This document shows positions 16,738 through 24,589 of a DNA stretch of 31,473 bases, piece by piece. Origin of the DNA: a virus (Duplodnaviria; Caudoviricetes); IMG/VR virus record IMGVR_UViG_3300044976_000047, positions 1 through 31,473 of that record; one strand, written 5' to 3'. A program made the position numbers and the translations under genes. How positions within the stretch are numbered: position 1 is the stretch's first letter; every line of letters begins with the position of its first letter. The notes below the pieces were generated by a model. It saw only the letters and a list, made by a program, of their open reading frames with translations, was not told where the DNA came from and ran no database searches.

Positions 16738-17538
16738 TCAGCGCTCCCGGTCCAGGATGACGTCTGCCAGCCGCTCCGCGATCTGCGGGATGGTGTAGGT
16801 GGATGTCAAGAGCGCATACCGGCCCGACAGCGGCGGGCTGTGCGCGATCAGCTCCTCCTTGGTGATGTCGTGCCAGACCGGCAGGATCAGGTCGCGGCCC
16901 TCGCTGATCATCCGCTCGACGAGGCCGTCGAGCTCCTCCTGCGGCCACCCCTTGGCGAAGAAGCTGCGGGACAGGACCACGACGCCGAAGCGGCACGTGG
17001 CCAGGCCCTGGTCGATGCTGCGGCGCAGGGACTGCCCGACCCGGAGGCTGAACTCGTCGAACCAGACGTGCGGAACACCTTCGGCCAGAAGCGCATGGGC
17101 CAGCGGGCGGGCAACGTCGTCCTTGTCCTCGTCCGCGTGGCAGATGAACGCATCGGGCGGCAGGGCGGGAACAGGATCTGCTGCATGGGCCACGGCGCGC
17201 GCCCGGTCCAGCTCCTGCTGCAGCAGGCGCTGCTGCCGCTGCTGCTCGGCCGTGAACATGCGCTCCGCGCGGGAGCGGGCGCTCTCGAGATCCTTCTGCA
17301 CCTTGGCCCTCCTCCCCTCGAGTTTGGCGCGTGCGGCCAGCTCGGCGTCCGCCTTCTTCAAGTAGCCGGCCGCCCAGCGGCGATGGCTGCGCTCGGTGGT
17401 CGGGCTCTTGGTGCGCTCGGCGAGCTGCGCCTCCCTGGCCGCCTTGCTGCGCAGGTCGGCCTCCTTGGCGGTGGATCGGGCGATGTCCCGGCCGAGGTTC
17501 GTCACATCGCGGGCGAGTCGTTCGGTCCGGCTGTCCAT
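16738..17538 (-). CDS. Coiled-coil + TIR domain protein (BtpA/TirS/AbTir-like, predicted NADase)
   Basis: Motifs DAFICHADEDKD, VWFDEFSLRVGQSLRRSIDQGL, FGVVVLSRSFFAKGWPQEELDGL (catalytic Glu) and ILPVWH. Confidence 0.92.
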   Translation of the reverse strand: MDSRTERLARDVTNLGRDIARSTAKEADLRSKAAREAQLAERTKSPTTERSHRRWAAGYLKKADAELAARAKLEGRRAKVQKDLESARSRAERMFTAEQQRQQRLLQQELDRARAVAHAADPVPALPPDAFICHADEDKDDVARPLAHALLAEGVPHVWFDEFSLRVGQSLRRSIDQGLATCRFGVVVLSRSFFAKGWPQEELDGLVERMISEGRDLILPVWHDITKEELIAHSPPLSGRYALLTSTYTIPQIAERLADVILDRER

Positions 17539-17588
17539 GTGCTGAATGGTGCCCCCGGCCCGGCGGTGGGTCGCCGGAGGGGTGGCCC

Positions 17589-17918
17589 TCACGCCCGCCG
17601 GTTCCGCCCGGCCTCCCGCGCCCGGTGGCATGGCACGCACACGGTCTCCAGCCGGGCGGGAGGCGGGAGGTCTGCGCCGCCGTCGGCGAGGCGGTCGAGG
17701 TGGTCGACCTCGAGGGGGACGCCGGTCGCGCCGCAGTCAGTGCAGGTGTACTGGTCGCGGGCGATGACGGCGGCGCGCAAGGTCCGCCACGGCCGTCCGG
17801 CCTTCCGCGGACCCGATCCCGCCCACGCGGGCCTCTTGTGCGCCGGGCACCTGCCGCTGCCGGGGACCGCGTCGTCGGGGCAGCCGGGTTCCGCGCAGAC
17901 GGTCGGCGCCCGGGTCAC
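17589..17918 (-). CDS. Terminase-associated HNH endonuclease
   Basis: CAEPGC...RCPAH, W..LRAAVIARD..TCTDCG, EVDH and CVPCH. Confidence 0.88.
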   Translation of the reverse strand: MTRAPTVCAEPGCPDDAVPGSGRCPAHKRPAWAGSGPRKAGRPWRTLRAAVIARDQYTCTDCGATGVPLEVDHLDRLADGGADLPPPARLETVCVPCHRAREAGRNRRA

Positions 17919-17919
17919 G

Positions 17920-18393
17920 TCAGGCGGATTCCTGCGGCGGGGGCAGGTAGCGGAGCTCGGTGACAAGGTTCGTGACCATGTACCGGCCCAGGTCGATGCC
18001 GGTGTCCTCGACGAGCGCCTTCTTGTCCAGCGCCTTGCGCGTGGACCTGGTGAGGACCGCCAGCGCCATCGGGTCGGGGCCGCGGGTGATGAGGCTGGTG
18101 CCGTCGCCGATCATGGCCCGGGTGATCGCGTCCGTGCTTCCGATGACCTTCGCCAGCACCGCCCTGGCCTCGCGCTGGGCCCGCGCCGCAGCGACCAGCC
18201 GCTCGCCCACGTCGGAGTCGATGAGGGTGGTGAAGGTCGCCTCGTCATAGGTCCAGCTGTCCAGCGGCACATCGACGTCCATGCCGCCGGCGGCCGCCGC
18301 CGCGGTCCACAGCCGCAGGCCCACCACCGTGTCGATGGCCGCTGAGCCCTTGTCCCCGCGGTGCCAGCTCCCCCGCGGCGCGATGATGTGCAC
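17920..18393 (-). CDS. Hypothetical protein
   Basis: Protein-like composition; abuts the HNH start. Confidence 0.6.
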   Translation of the reverse strand: MHIIAPRGSWHRGDKGSAAIDTVVGLRLWTAAAAAGGMDVDVPLDSWTYDEATFTTLIDSDVGERLVAAARAQREARAVLAKVIGSTDAITRAMIGDGTSLITRGPDPMALAVLTRSTRKALDKKALVEDTGIDLGRYMVTNLVTELRYLPPPQESA

Positions 18394-18507
18394 ATCTCAG
18401 GATGCATCAGGGGACCGGCCCAAGCCTGGGAATGGTTCTCAGGACCCGCCAGGGAGTTCGAATCGAACCACTAAGGGCGAGCGATCGTTAGGTCGGCATG
18501 AAGCGGG

Positions 18508-19065
18508 TCACACCGGTGCGGCGTTCCCCACGTACTTGTCCGACTCCAGCCACGAGTCCGAGAGAGTCCCGGCCGTCGCCGCCTCGTCGACGATGCCGCT
18601 GCGCGACTGACGTCTGCGCCGGCTTGTGATCGACACCCAGACAATGGCCCCTAAGTTCGCGATGCTGTCCTTCCGTGTCAGGTGCTCCGCGGTGCGACGA
18701 TGGACGGCGGCAAAGATGCCCAGGAGAACCTCACGGTCACGGGGGGAGCAGCCCGCCAAGCGTGTTTCGAGATCGGGAGGGATCGGGATCCTTCCGCGCC
18801 GCATCTCGCGCAACACGGCCAGGACAATCGCCAGATTCAGGGAATGCCCCGTTCTTGCCAGCCGCTCGATGAGGGCAACCGACTCCCAGGCCTCCTTGCT
18901 CGACTCGAGTTCCCCTTTGACGATCTTCATCACGACCTCGTCCCGCAACGTCCAGACATCGGATCTGAACCGGCGATCGCGCGCGGCGGGCGTCTGGAAG
19001 AACAGGATGTACCACACCAGAAGCGCGGTGGCTGCGAGCGCGACTGCCTCGAGAATGGCGATCAT
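18508..19065 (-). CDS. Membrane protein in a lower-GC moron
   Basis: N-terminal TM segment; ATGA-coupled to the upstream gene; codon usage less GC-biased. Confidence 0.7.
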   Translation of the reverse strand: MIAILEAVALAATALLVWYILFFQTPAARDRRFRSDVWTLRDEVVMKIVKGELESSKEAWESVALIERLARTGHSLNLAIVLAVLREMRRGRIPIPPDLETRLAGCSPRDREVLLGIFAAVHRRTAEHLTRKDSIANLGAIVWVSITSRRRRQSRSGIVDEAATAGTLSDSWLESDKYVGNAAPV

Positions 19066-19451
19066 TTGCCCTCCGTCCGGCCCTTGCTGCCGCGCCGCTT
19101 GAGATCATCGCTCAACGTCTCAACTTGTTTGTGCAGGCGCTTCAACTCTTCCTCCAGCGTCTCGCACTGGTCGCGCACTCGCTCGATTTCCTGCTTTCGG
19201 CCGCGGCTGATCCCCTTCTCACGTGCCCACCCCACACCGAACGCTGCGGGCAGGACGATCGTGACCGCTAGTCCGATATTGATATTGGTGTCGAGGCCAG
19301 CGGCTCTATCGACCATCAGGTAGACGAGCCCTACGATCGCAACAGCGCAGATGAAGCCGAAGCAGGTCACGCCGGCGTTGATGGCGGCCTCGTAAAGGTC
19401 TAGTCGTCGAAGGCTGACGGATTCGGGTTCGCCGTCCCCCTTCTTGGCCAC
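19062..19451 (-). CDS. Two-TM protein with C-terminal coiled coil in a lower-GC moron
   Basis: TATTCT -10 (19463-19458) lies 6 nt before GTG 19451. Two hydrophobic helices, then a heptad pattern. Confidence 0.7.
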   Translation of the reverse strand: MAKKGDGEPESVSLRRLDLYEAAINAGVTCFGFICAVAIVGLVYLMVDRAAGLDTNINIGLAVTIVLPAAFGVGWAREKGISRGRKQEIERVRDQCETLEEELKRLHKQVETLSDDLKRRGSKGRTEGK

Positions 19452-19699
19452 CGCGCAAGAATACGGCGCCGCTGCAAGAGGCTCTACGCCGGGAGTGCTG
19501 ACCGAGCCGCGACACGAGACGACCCCAACGGACCGTGCTTGGGACCCGTCCACCGGACGGGGTGTGCACGGCAAAGCCGAAGGGGCCGCATGCGAAGGCC
19601 CCCCATGGGCTGGAGCTGCTTGTGGCCTGTCTTGGCATGAAGCGAGACAACCGTCAACCACCCCCCAGCGCGTGGGCCTGCTTCGCTACGGTCAACCGC

Positions 19700-20107
19700 A
19701 TGAAAACCCGACTGCGCATCCTCGTCCCCGTCTTCGCGATCGTGCTGGTGACCAGCGCCTGTGGTTCGTCGGACGACGGAAGTTCGTCGGACGGTGACGG
19801 CGGATCGGAAGCCGCCACCGTCAATGACGTCTACACCACGCTGAACAACGGGACGCCGGACTACGAGTGCGACTTCGTCCCCGCGGGAGCCCGCTGCTGG
19901 CTGTTCACCGACGAGACCGCGTCTGCGTCCAACATCTTCATCACGAGCGAAGGTGGGGACCCGAACTCGCCGGTCGTCACCATCTTCGGGGGCGTCACTG
20001 CAGACCCCGCAACCGTTGAGAGCGTCGCCACGACGCTGGGCGTGCCCAATGACGACGCTCTCTGGATCGAGGGTGTCGGCTTCATCTACAACGCCTCGCA
20101 CTCGTAG
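19700..20107 (+). CDS. Lipoprotein (possible superinfection exclusion)
   Basis: Signal peptide MKTRLRILVPVFAIVLVTSA|C with lipobox and Ser/Asp/Gly linker. TACGGT -10 lies 7 nt upstream. Confidence 0.8.
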   Translation: MKTRLRILVPVFAIVLVTSACGSSDDGSSSDGDGGSEAATVNDVYTTLNNGTPDYECDFVPAGARCWLFTDETASASNIFITSEGGDPNSPVVTIFGGVTADPATVESVATTLGVPNDDALWIEGVGFIYNASHS

Positions 20108-20113
20108 CCGCCG

Positions 20114-20329
20114 CTAGCGCCGCCGCCGGCCGCCCCAGATGCCGTCGGGCTTGCCCAGGGACTCCGCGTAGCCGTCGCACTCGGCCCGCACGGGGCAGCC
20201 CGCACACACGGCAAGCGCGGGCTGGGCCGGCCGCCCGTGCCGCAAGCCGGCTCCACGGGTCTCGGGGAAGAACAGTTCGGGGTCCGCGTCCAGGCAGGCC
20301 GCGGAGTCCATCCACTCCCGGCTCGTCAC
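20114..20329 (-). CDS. whiB: WhiB family transcription factor
   Basis: WMDSAAC...DPELFFP...CAGCPVRAEC...GIWGG; an actinobacterial marker family. Confidence 0.93.
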   Translation of the reverse strand: MTSREWMDSAACLDADPELFFPETRGAGLRHGRPAQPALAVCAGCPVRAECDGYAESLGKPDGIWGGRRRR

Positions 20330-20499
20330 GCCGCGGCCTCCTCCTCGTCGAGGCCGAGCGCGGCCAGCAGGTCCGCGAGGTCCGCCGTGTCGCGGGCGTG
20401 GGCTGCGACGGTCCGCCGGGCGGCACGCAGGACGTGCTCCGGCGGGGGCGGGACGTCCCGCAGGTAGACGGCGTCCTGCCACGGCTGCGCTCTGCTCAT
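20326..20499 (-). CDS. Hypothetical protein
   Basis: Coupled start/stop overlaps on both sides. Confidence 0.65.
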   Translation of the reverse strand: MSRAQPWQDAVYLRDVPPPPEHVLRAARRTVAAHARDTADLADLLAALGLDEEEAAA

Positions 20500-20714
20500 G
20501 CGGCGTTCGTCGGCGATGGCTCCGCCCTCCGGATCGCGCGCCTGGGCACCCCGTCGCGGACCAGCGCGCCGATCGCCTGCTCGACGAACAGTGCATCGAC
20601 CGGGACCGCGAATACGCCCATCACGACATGCGGGAAGCAGTCGCGGGCGGCGTACAGCCGGTCGTAGACGGCCTGGTCGATGGCGTCCATGTCCACCAGC
20701 AGCCACGCCCTCAC
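20496..20714 (-). CDS. Hypothetical protein
   Basis: GTGA/ATGA overlaps. Confidence 0.55.
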   Translation of the reverse strand: MRAWLLVDMDAIDQAVYDRLYAARDCFPHVVMGVFAVPVDALFVEQAIGALVRDGVPRRAIRRAEPSPTNAA

Positions 20715-20977
20715 GACGCCCCGCCCCGTATGCCGTCGCGGAGGCCGGTGCAGCCCGTCGCCAGATGCTCGCGGCGGTCGTGGGAGCACCGCTCGTACGA
20801 CCCTTCGACCTGCCACCCGCACACGCACCGGAACCGTTCCACCAACGGACCCATCTCGTCGCAGCCCCGCCCGTCCGACCACACCCAGTGGCTGAGAGTG
20901 ACCCGGCCCGGGACCGCGAGGAAGAACACCCACCGGCCGGTCTCCGGGGTGCGCTCCATCAAACGCCTGACCGTCAC
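20711..20977 (-). CDS. Hypothetical protein with CxC motif
   Basis: In the operon; RBS-like GAGG upstream. Confidence 0.5.
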   Translation of the reverse strand: MTVRRLMERTPETGRWVFFLAVPGRVTLSHWVWSDGRGCDEMGPLVERFRCVCGWQVEGSYERCSHDRREHLATGCTGLRDGIRGGAS

Positions 20978-21052
20978 GGCTGCACCGCCTCGGCAGTCAG
21001 GCCCGAGATGGCCGCTAGCCGACCCGCGGCGCCTTGTCGCAGTCGTGATGGA

Positions 21053-21259
21053 TCATGATGCGCGGATCGCGGCAGGAGCCCGCTTGCCGGAGGCCTTCTC
21101 ATCCAGCCAGACCCAGCTGGTCGCCGTCCGGCCTGTCATGGTCATCCTGGCCTCTCTCCGGCCGCCGAGGTCGTCGTAGCCGCTGGTCCGGATCGTCTGC
21201 CATCGGCGGGCGAAGTCCCGCCGCCGCTGGTCCCGCCGCCTCAGGTTGAACGCGCTCAT
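21053..21259 (-). CDS. Small basic hypothetical protein
   Basis: TACAGT -10 lies 8 nt before the ATG. Confidence 0.45.
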   Translation of the reverse strand: MSAFNLRRRDQRRRDFARRWQTIRTSGYDDLGGRREARMTMTGRTATSWVWLDEKASGKRAPAAIRAS

Positions 21260-21343
21260 AGCGCAGAACTGTATGCCCGAGCATCACTGCGCGGACGGGC
21301 TGGGGGGCCATGCCGGGGCAATGGCGGTCACCTTGGGCCGCGC

Positions 21344-22144
21344 TCACGACGGCACCGGCGGCTGTGTGAGCGACTCCAGCGCCGAGAGCCGCTGGGTGAC
21401 GCTCATCCCGGCCACCTCGTCCGGATCCCATCCCGCCTCGATGAGTTGCTGAGCCGGGGTGGTCACGGCGCCGTCCCGCAGGTCGATTGCGCGCGCTCGC
21501 TGCGCGGCGACCCTGGCGTCACGCTCCCGCATCTGGGCCTCCCGCCGGTCCGACTCCAACCGCGCAGACCATTCCGGGCCCTCACGATATTTCCGCGCAG
21601 CCGCGCAGGCCCAGCACGGTTCCTCCCGCATGAAGTCCGATCCGTGGATCGGGCACAACGACGGATCGGGGGGGAGATTTCCCCCTTCTCCCCCCGAAGG
21701 GGGTTCTTTTCTTAATTGGGGTACCGGGTGGGCGCTACCGCCCACCCCATGGGTGGGCGAAAAGGTGGGCGAAAAGGTGGGCGAAAAGGTGGGCGAAAAG
21801 GTGGGCGGTAGCGCCCACCTTTCTGGCGGCTGAAGCCGGTAACGGTTGGCGATCTGGCGACCGCCTCGATGGTCGTGGAACCGCTCCGCGATACCGTGCT
21901 TGAGCAGCCAGGCCAACCAGCGGCGGGCGTTGCGCTCATGGAGTCGCATCCTGATTGCGAGCGTGCCCTGGTCGAGTTCGAACCAACCGTCCGCGCGGGC
22001 CCTGCGCACCGATTCATGGGCCAGGACGTGAGCGCAGAGCATCGCCTGACAGGGGACGTCGCTGTCAACGACATCGTTCAAGGCGTCGATCCAGCGATAT
22101 GGCTTGATCGGCAGTGTTGTCACTGCTTGCAATTGGCGCGTCAC
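21344..22144 (-). CDS. Replication initiator (lambda O-like wHTH) containing iterons
   Basis: wHTH region QGTLAIRMRLHERNARRWLAWLLKHG...NRYRL, PTFS repeats encoded by iterons, and a C-terminal CPIH...CWAC Zn motif. Start is uncertain (22150, 22144 or 22123). Confidence 0.8.
   Translation of the reverse strand: MTRQLQAVTTLPIKPYRWIDALNDVVDSDVPCQAMLCAHVLAHESVRRARADGWFELDQGTLAIRMRLHERNARRWLAWLLKHGIAERFHDHRGGRQIANRYRLQPPERWALPPTFSPTFSPTFSPTFSPTHGVGGSAHPVPQLRKEPPSGGEGGNLPPDPSLCPIHGSDFMREEPCWACAAARKYREGPEWSARLESDRREAQMRERDARVAAQRARAIDLRDGAVTTPAQQLIEAGWDPDEVAGMSVTQRLSALESLTQPPVPS
21700..21819. repeat. Putative replication origin: 4 x GGTGGGCGAAAA flanked by 20-bp perfect inverted repeats and an AT-rich patch
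   Basis: Tandem units at 21752-21799; inverted repeats at 21727-21746 and 21800-21819; TTCTTTTCTTAATT at ~21704-21717. Confidence 0.8.
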
Positions 22145-22215
22145 GAACATGGAATGTAGCAGGGGCTGGGTAATCGTGTCGTGTGAGACGGGTAAGTCTG
22201 TAGTATTGTGGAGGC
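22145..22215. promoter_or_regulatory. Divergent promoter region (rep / repressor)
   Basis: Relatively AT-rich. TATTGT (+, 22204-22209) and TACATT (-, 22158-22153) -10 candidates. Confidence 0.6.
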
Positions 22216-22551
22216 ATGACGGTGGAGCAGTTTGACGCACAGGAATTTGGGCGGCGGCTCAAGATCGCAGCTGAGTGGAAGGGCCTTGACCGGCAGAGTC
22301 TCGCTGCGGCGCTCGGGCTGCATGGGGAGAGCATCACCAGGCACATGAGGGGCGAGACGATGCCGAACGTCGCGCAATTGAATCGGTACTTGACCGTGCT
22401 GGGGGTTAGCGCTGATGCACTCATGGATCACAGCCGAGGCATGACGCTCCCTGGACCGACGGGACCAGGGGATGACGGGTGGGTCGCCGGGGATTTGAAC
22501 CCCGAACCCGCGGAACCCCAGCCCGCGGCGGTCGAGCGGACCGCGGCATGA
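22216..22551 (+). CDS. Xre-family immunity repressor with internal attP and C-terminal AA degron-like tail
   Basis: HTH region FGRRLKIAAEWKGLDRQSLAAALGL...RGETMP...LGVSADAL; tail WVAGDLNPEPAE...RTAA. Confidence 0.88.
   Translation: MTVEQFDAQEFGRRLKIAAEWKGLDRQSLAAALGLHGESITRHMRGETMPNVAQLNRYLTVLGVSADALMDHSRGMTLPGPTGPGDDGWVAGDLNPEPAEPQPAAVERTAA
22478..22514 (-). other. attP core: 3' half of a tRNA (probably tRNA-Lys)
   Basis: Minus strand TCCGCGGGTTCGGGGTTCAAATCCCCGGCGACCCACC corresponds to anticodon 3' stem, variable loop, T-arm (CGGGG/CCCCG, TTCAAAT loop) and acceptor strand. No 5' half is present. Confidence 0.85.
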
Positions 22552-22847
22552 GCCGCCCGCGTCCGCTCCCGGACCACGCCCTGCACGCCCGCGTCCGGGC
22601 GATCCATGAGGCCAGGGAGCGGGCCTTCGAGGAGCTGCACGAGGCGAACGACCGCGGGCCCACGGGCGACGACATCCAGACGTTCACCGACGCCATGCGC
22701 GCCTGCGAGTCGGCCATGGCCGAGGCAATCGCATCGACAGGCCGCATAGGCGTCAAGTACCTCTTCCTGAACGACGACGGGTCGGTCACCGCGTGGTACG
22801 GCTCCCGGTTCCGCGAGGTCTCCGGACCGCTCGCCGTCCCCGCATGA
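22548..22847 (+). CDS. Hypothetical protein
   Basis: ATGA-coupled to the repressor stop. Confidence 0.65.
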   Translation: MSRPRPLPDHALHARVRAIHEARERAFEELHEANDRGPTGDDIQTFTDAMRACESAMAEAIASTGRIGVKYLFLNDDGSVTAWYGSRFREVSGPLAVPA

Positions 22848-23182
22848 GCGCGGAGTGGATGGAGGACCCGGAGGCCAGGGAATGGGCCAGGCGGGTCCTG
22901 GACGATCTGGTGCCGATGATCCGCGGCTCGGCGGCCACGGTCAGCATCCTGCCCGGCCCCGGTTCCGAGGCCGACGTGAAGTTCGCGGTCGAGCTGGGTC
23001 TGAGCATCATGCTGGGTAAGCCGATCATCCTGGCGGTCCCTGCGGGCCGCCGGGTGCCGGCGAAGCTGGTCCAGGTCGCCGACGAGATCGTCGAGCTGCC
23101 GTCCGAGGCCGAGGAGTTCGCCGCGGCGCAGGAACGGCTCCAGGCCGCGATCGCCCGGGTCCTGCCGGGTGACGCCGCGTGA
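22844..23182 (+). CDS. Hypothetical protein with nucleoside deoxyribosyltransferase-like motif
   Basis: VKFAVELGLSIMLGKPIILAV resembles the ELG...GKP motif of NDT-like folds. Confidence 0.5.
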   Translation: MSAEWMEDPEAREWARRVLDDLVPMIRGSAATVSILPGPGSEADVKFAVELGLSIMLGKPIILAVPAGRRVPAKLVQVADEIVELPSEAEEFAAAQERLQAAIARVLPGDAA

Positions 23183-23385
23183 GCGGGCTGATCGTCCTGG
23201 CGAAGCGGTGGGGCCCGTCCGACCGTGAGCGACTGGCGCAGCCGCCCGCCGCGGTCTGCAGCCGATGCGACCACCCCGTCGCGATCCACCGGACGCTGGC
23301 CGTCGAGGTCCATGCCCGGCCGCACCGGCACCAGGTCATCTGCCACGACTGCTGGGACGCCCCACAGGCGGGGGCCGTCCGGTGA
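23179..23385 (+). CDS. Small Zn-finger protein
   Basis: CSRC...CHDC; coupled overlaps. Confidence 0.6.
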   Translation: MSGLIVLAKRWGPSDRERLAQPPAAVCSRCDHPVAIHRTLAVEVHARPHRHQVICHDCWDAPQAGAVR

Positions 23386-23687
23386 GCGGGCTGGATCCGG
23401 ATTGCCGCGACGGGAAGCACGGCTCGTGCATCGGTTGCTCCTGCGCCTGCCACGACCCGCACGCCGTCTGCCACCGGACCATCGCGGAGCTGCGTGCGGG
23501 CTTCAACTCGCAGCTGGACCTGCAGCGGCAGCAGATGGACGTCATGCACGAGGTCGGGGTCCGCGCCGCGAGGCTCCTCACCGACAGGGACTGGCGGACA
23601 GTGCGCCGGTCAAGGGTCGCCCACGCCCTAGGCGTGCCCGAGGTGACGGACCTCGAGTGGTGGCAGCGGAACGGGTCCCTGCTGTGA
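23382..23687 (+). CDS. Cys-rich hypothetical protein
   Basis: CRDGKHGSCIGCSCACH; GTGA overlap. Confidence 0.6.
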   Translation: MSGLDPDCRDGKHGSCIGCSCACHDPHAVCHRTIAELRAGFNSQLDLQRQQMDVMHEVGVRAARLLTDRDWRTVRRSRVAHALGVPEVTDLEWWQRNGSLL

Positions 23688-23890
23688 CGGGGAAGGGAGC
23701 GGTGTACCTGTGCGGCGGCGCCGACGTGCTGGAGGACCGCGACGCATGCCCCCACCGCTTCCACGACCACCCGTTGCCGATCGGGTACGTGGATGCCGCC
23801 GAGGAGGCCGGCAGGCGTCTCCGCAAAGGCTGGGGCAACCCGAAGTGCCCGCTGTGCGGGACCTACGGATGGGTGGAAGTGCGCCGATGA
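23684..23890 (+). CDS. Small Zn-binding hypothetical protein
   Basis: CPH..HDHPLP.GY...CPLCG; GTGA overlap. Confidence 0.6.
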   Translation: MTGKGAVYLCGGADVLEDRDACPHRFHDHPLPIGYVDAAEEAGRRLRKGWGNPKCPLCGTYGWVEVRR

Positions 23891-24192
23891 CCGACCCGAG
23901 GGGAGAGGGACCGATGGTGAGACAGACCCACGACCAGATGGTGGTAGGGCTGCTGTGCCAAGGCGTGCGCGGGCTGCTGATGATCGCGGAGGAATGGGCC
24001 GGGCTCGACCTCGACCCCCCGGACGCGGGGAGCCGGCACGCAGACGTGGTCGACCTGCGGGACCGCCTGTCGTGCCGCCTGTGCGGGCACGGCAGCGCAG
24101 CCCGGCTCTGGTGGGCCGCCGCCGTTCAGGACGGATGCGGCTGCGCCTGCCACTGGTCCGGGACCGCGGCCATGGCTGGGGCGGGCCTGTGA
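23887..24192 (+). CDS. Cys-rich hypothetical protein
   Basis: CRLCGH...CGCACH; ATGA overlap. Confidence 0.55.
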   Translation: MTDPRGEGPMVRQTHDQMVVGLLCQGVRGLLMIAEEWAGLDLDPPDAGSRHADVVDLRDRLSCRLCGHGSAARLWWAAAVQDGCGCACHWSGTAAMAGAGL

Positions 24193-24581
24193 GCGCGCGA
24201 CGGTCGTCCGACCCGCGCGTACTGCGCAGTGGTGGCATCGCCGGACCGGGCGGCCCGCACGACCGCGGCGCCGTGGTCGTCGACACCACCAACGCGGTGC
24301 TCCTGGACCACTGCGACGTCGCACTGGTCGACGGGGCGGGCATCGTCGCGATGTCGCTGGCCGGGCGCATCAACCGCAGCGCCGACCGGGCGAAGGTGCT
24401 GTTCCTGTTCGACACGGACGGCGCGGCCGCGATCATCACCGAACTCCTGGGCCTGATGGGACGGGCCGGCGCCGAGGGTTTCCTCGCGGACCTGGACGCC
24501 CGGATGGCGGCGCTCGCGTCGGCCGGCCACCTCCATCCGCCCGCCGTGCCGTCCCGCGACTACCCGGGGCGTGCGTCATGA
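24189..24581 (+). CDS. Hypothetical protein
   Basis: GTGA overlap; globular-looking sequence. Confidence 0.65.
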   Translation: MSARRSSDPRVLRSGGIAGPGGPHDRGAVVVDTTNAVLLDHCDVALVDGAGIVAMSLAGRINRSADRAKVLFLFDTDGAAAIITELLGLMGRAGAEGFLADLDARMAALASAGHLHPPAVPSRDYPGRAS

Positions 24582-24589
24582 CCCGGCGG

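Noticed and set aside
1793-18345. Very long Arg/Pro/Gly-rich ORFs in the track (e.g. upstream part of 1793-4837, 6841-8943, 8024-10024, 13060-15084, 16696-18345)
   Set aside because: Shadow frames of real genes, caused by stop-codon scarcity at high GC. They contain no recognisable motifs.
16738-19451. Complete Thoeris, CBASS or Pycsar system formed by the TIR and nearby membrane genes
   Set aside because: No SIR2/Macro ThsA, cyclase or nucleotide-sensor domain was recognised. The genes have separate promoter candidates and are split by HNH.
22440-22560. Functional tRNA gene
   Set aside because: Only the 3' half is present. No D-arm, anticodon loop or 5' acceptor strand can be formed, so it is treated as attP.
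20326-23182. Genome-wide ClpXP degron programme (several small proteins end in AA)
   Set aside because: Ala is very frequent here, and GCATGA/GCGTGA start-stop overlaps favour terminal Ala. It is only considered meaningful for the repressor and recombinases.
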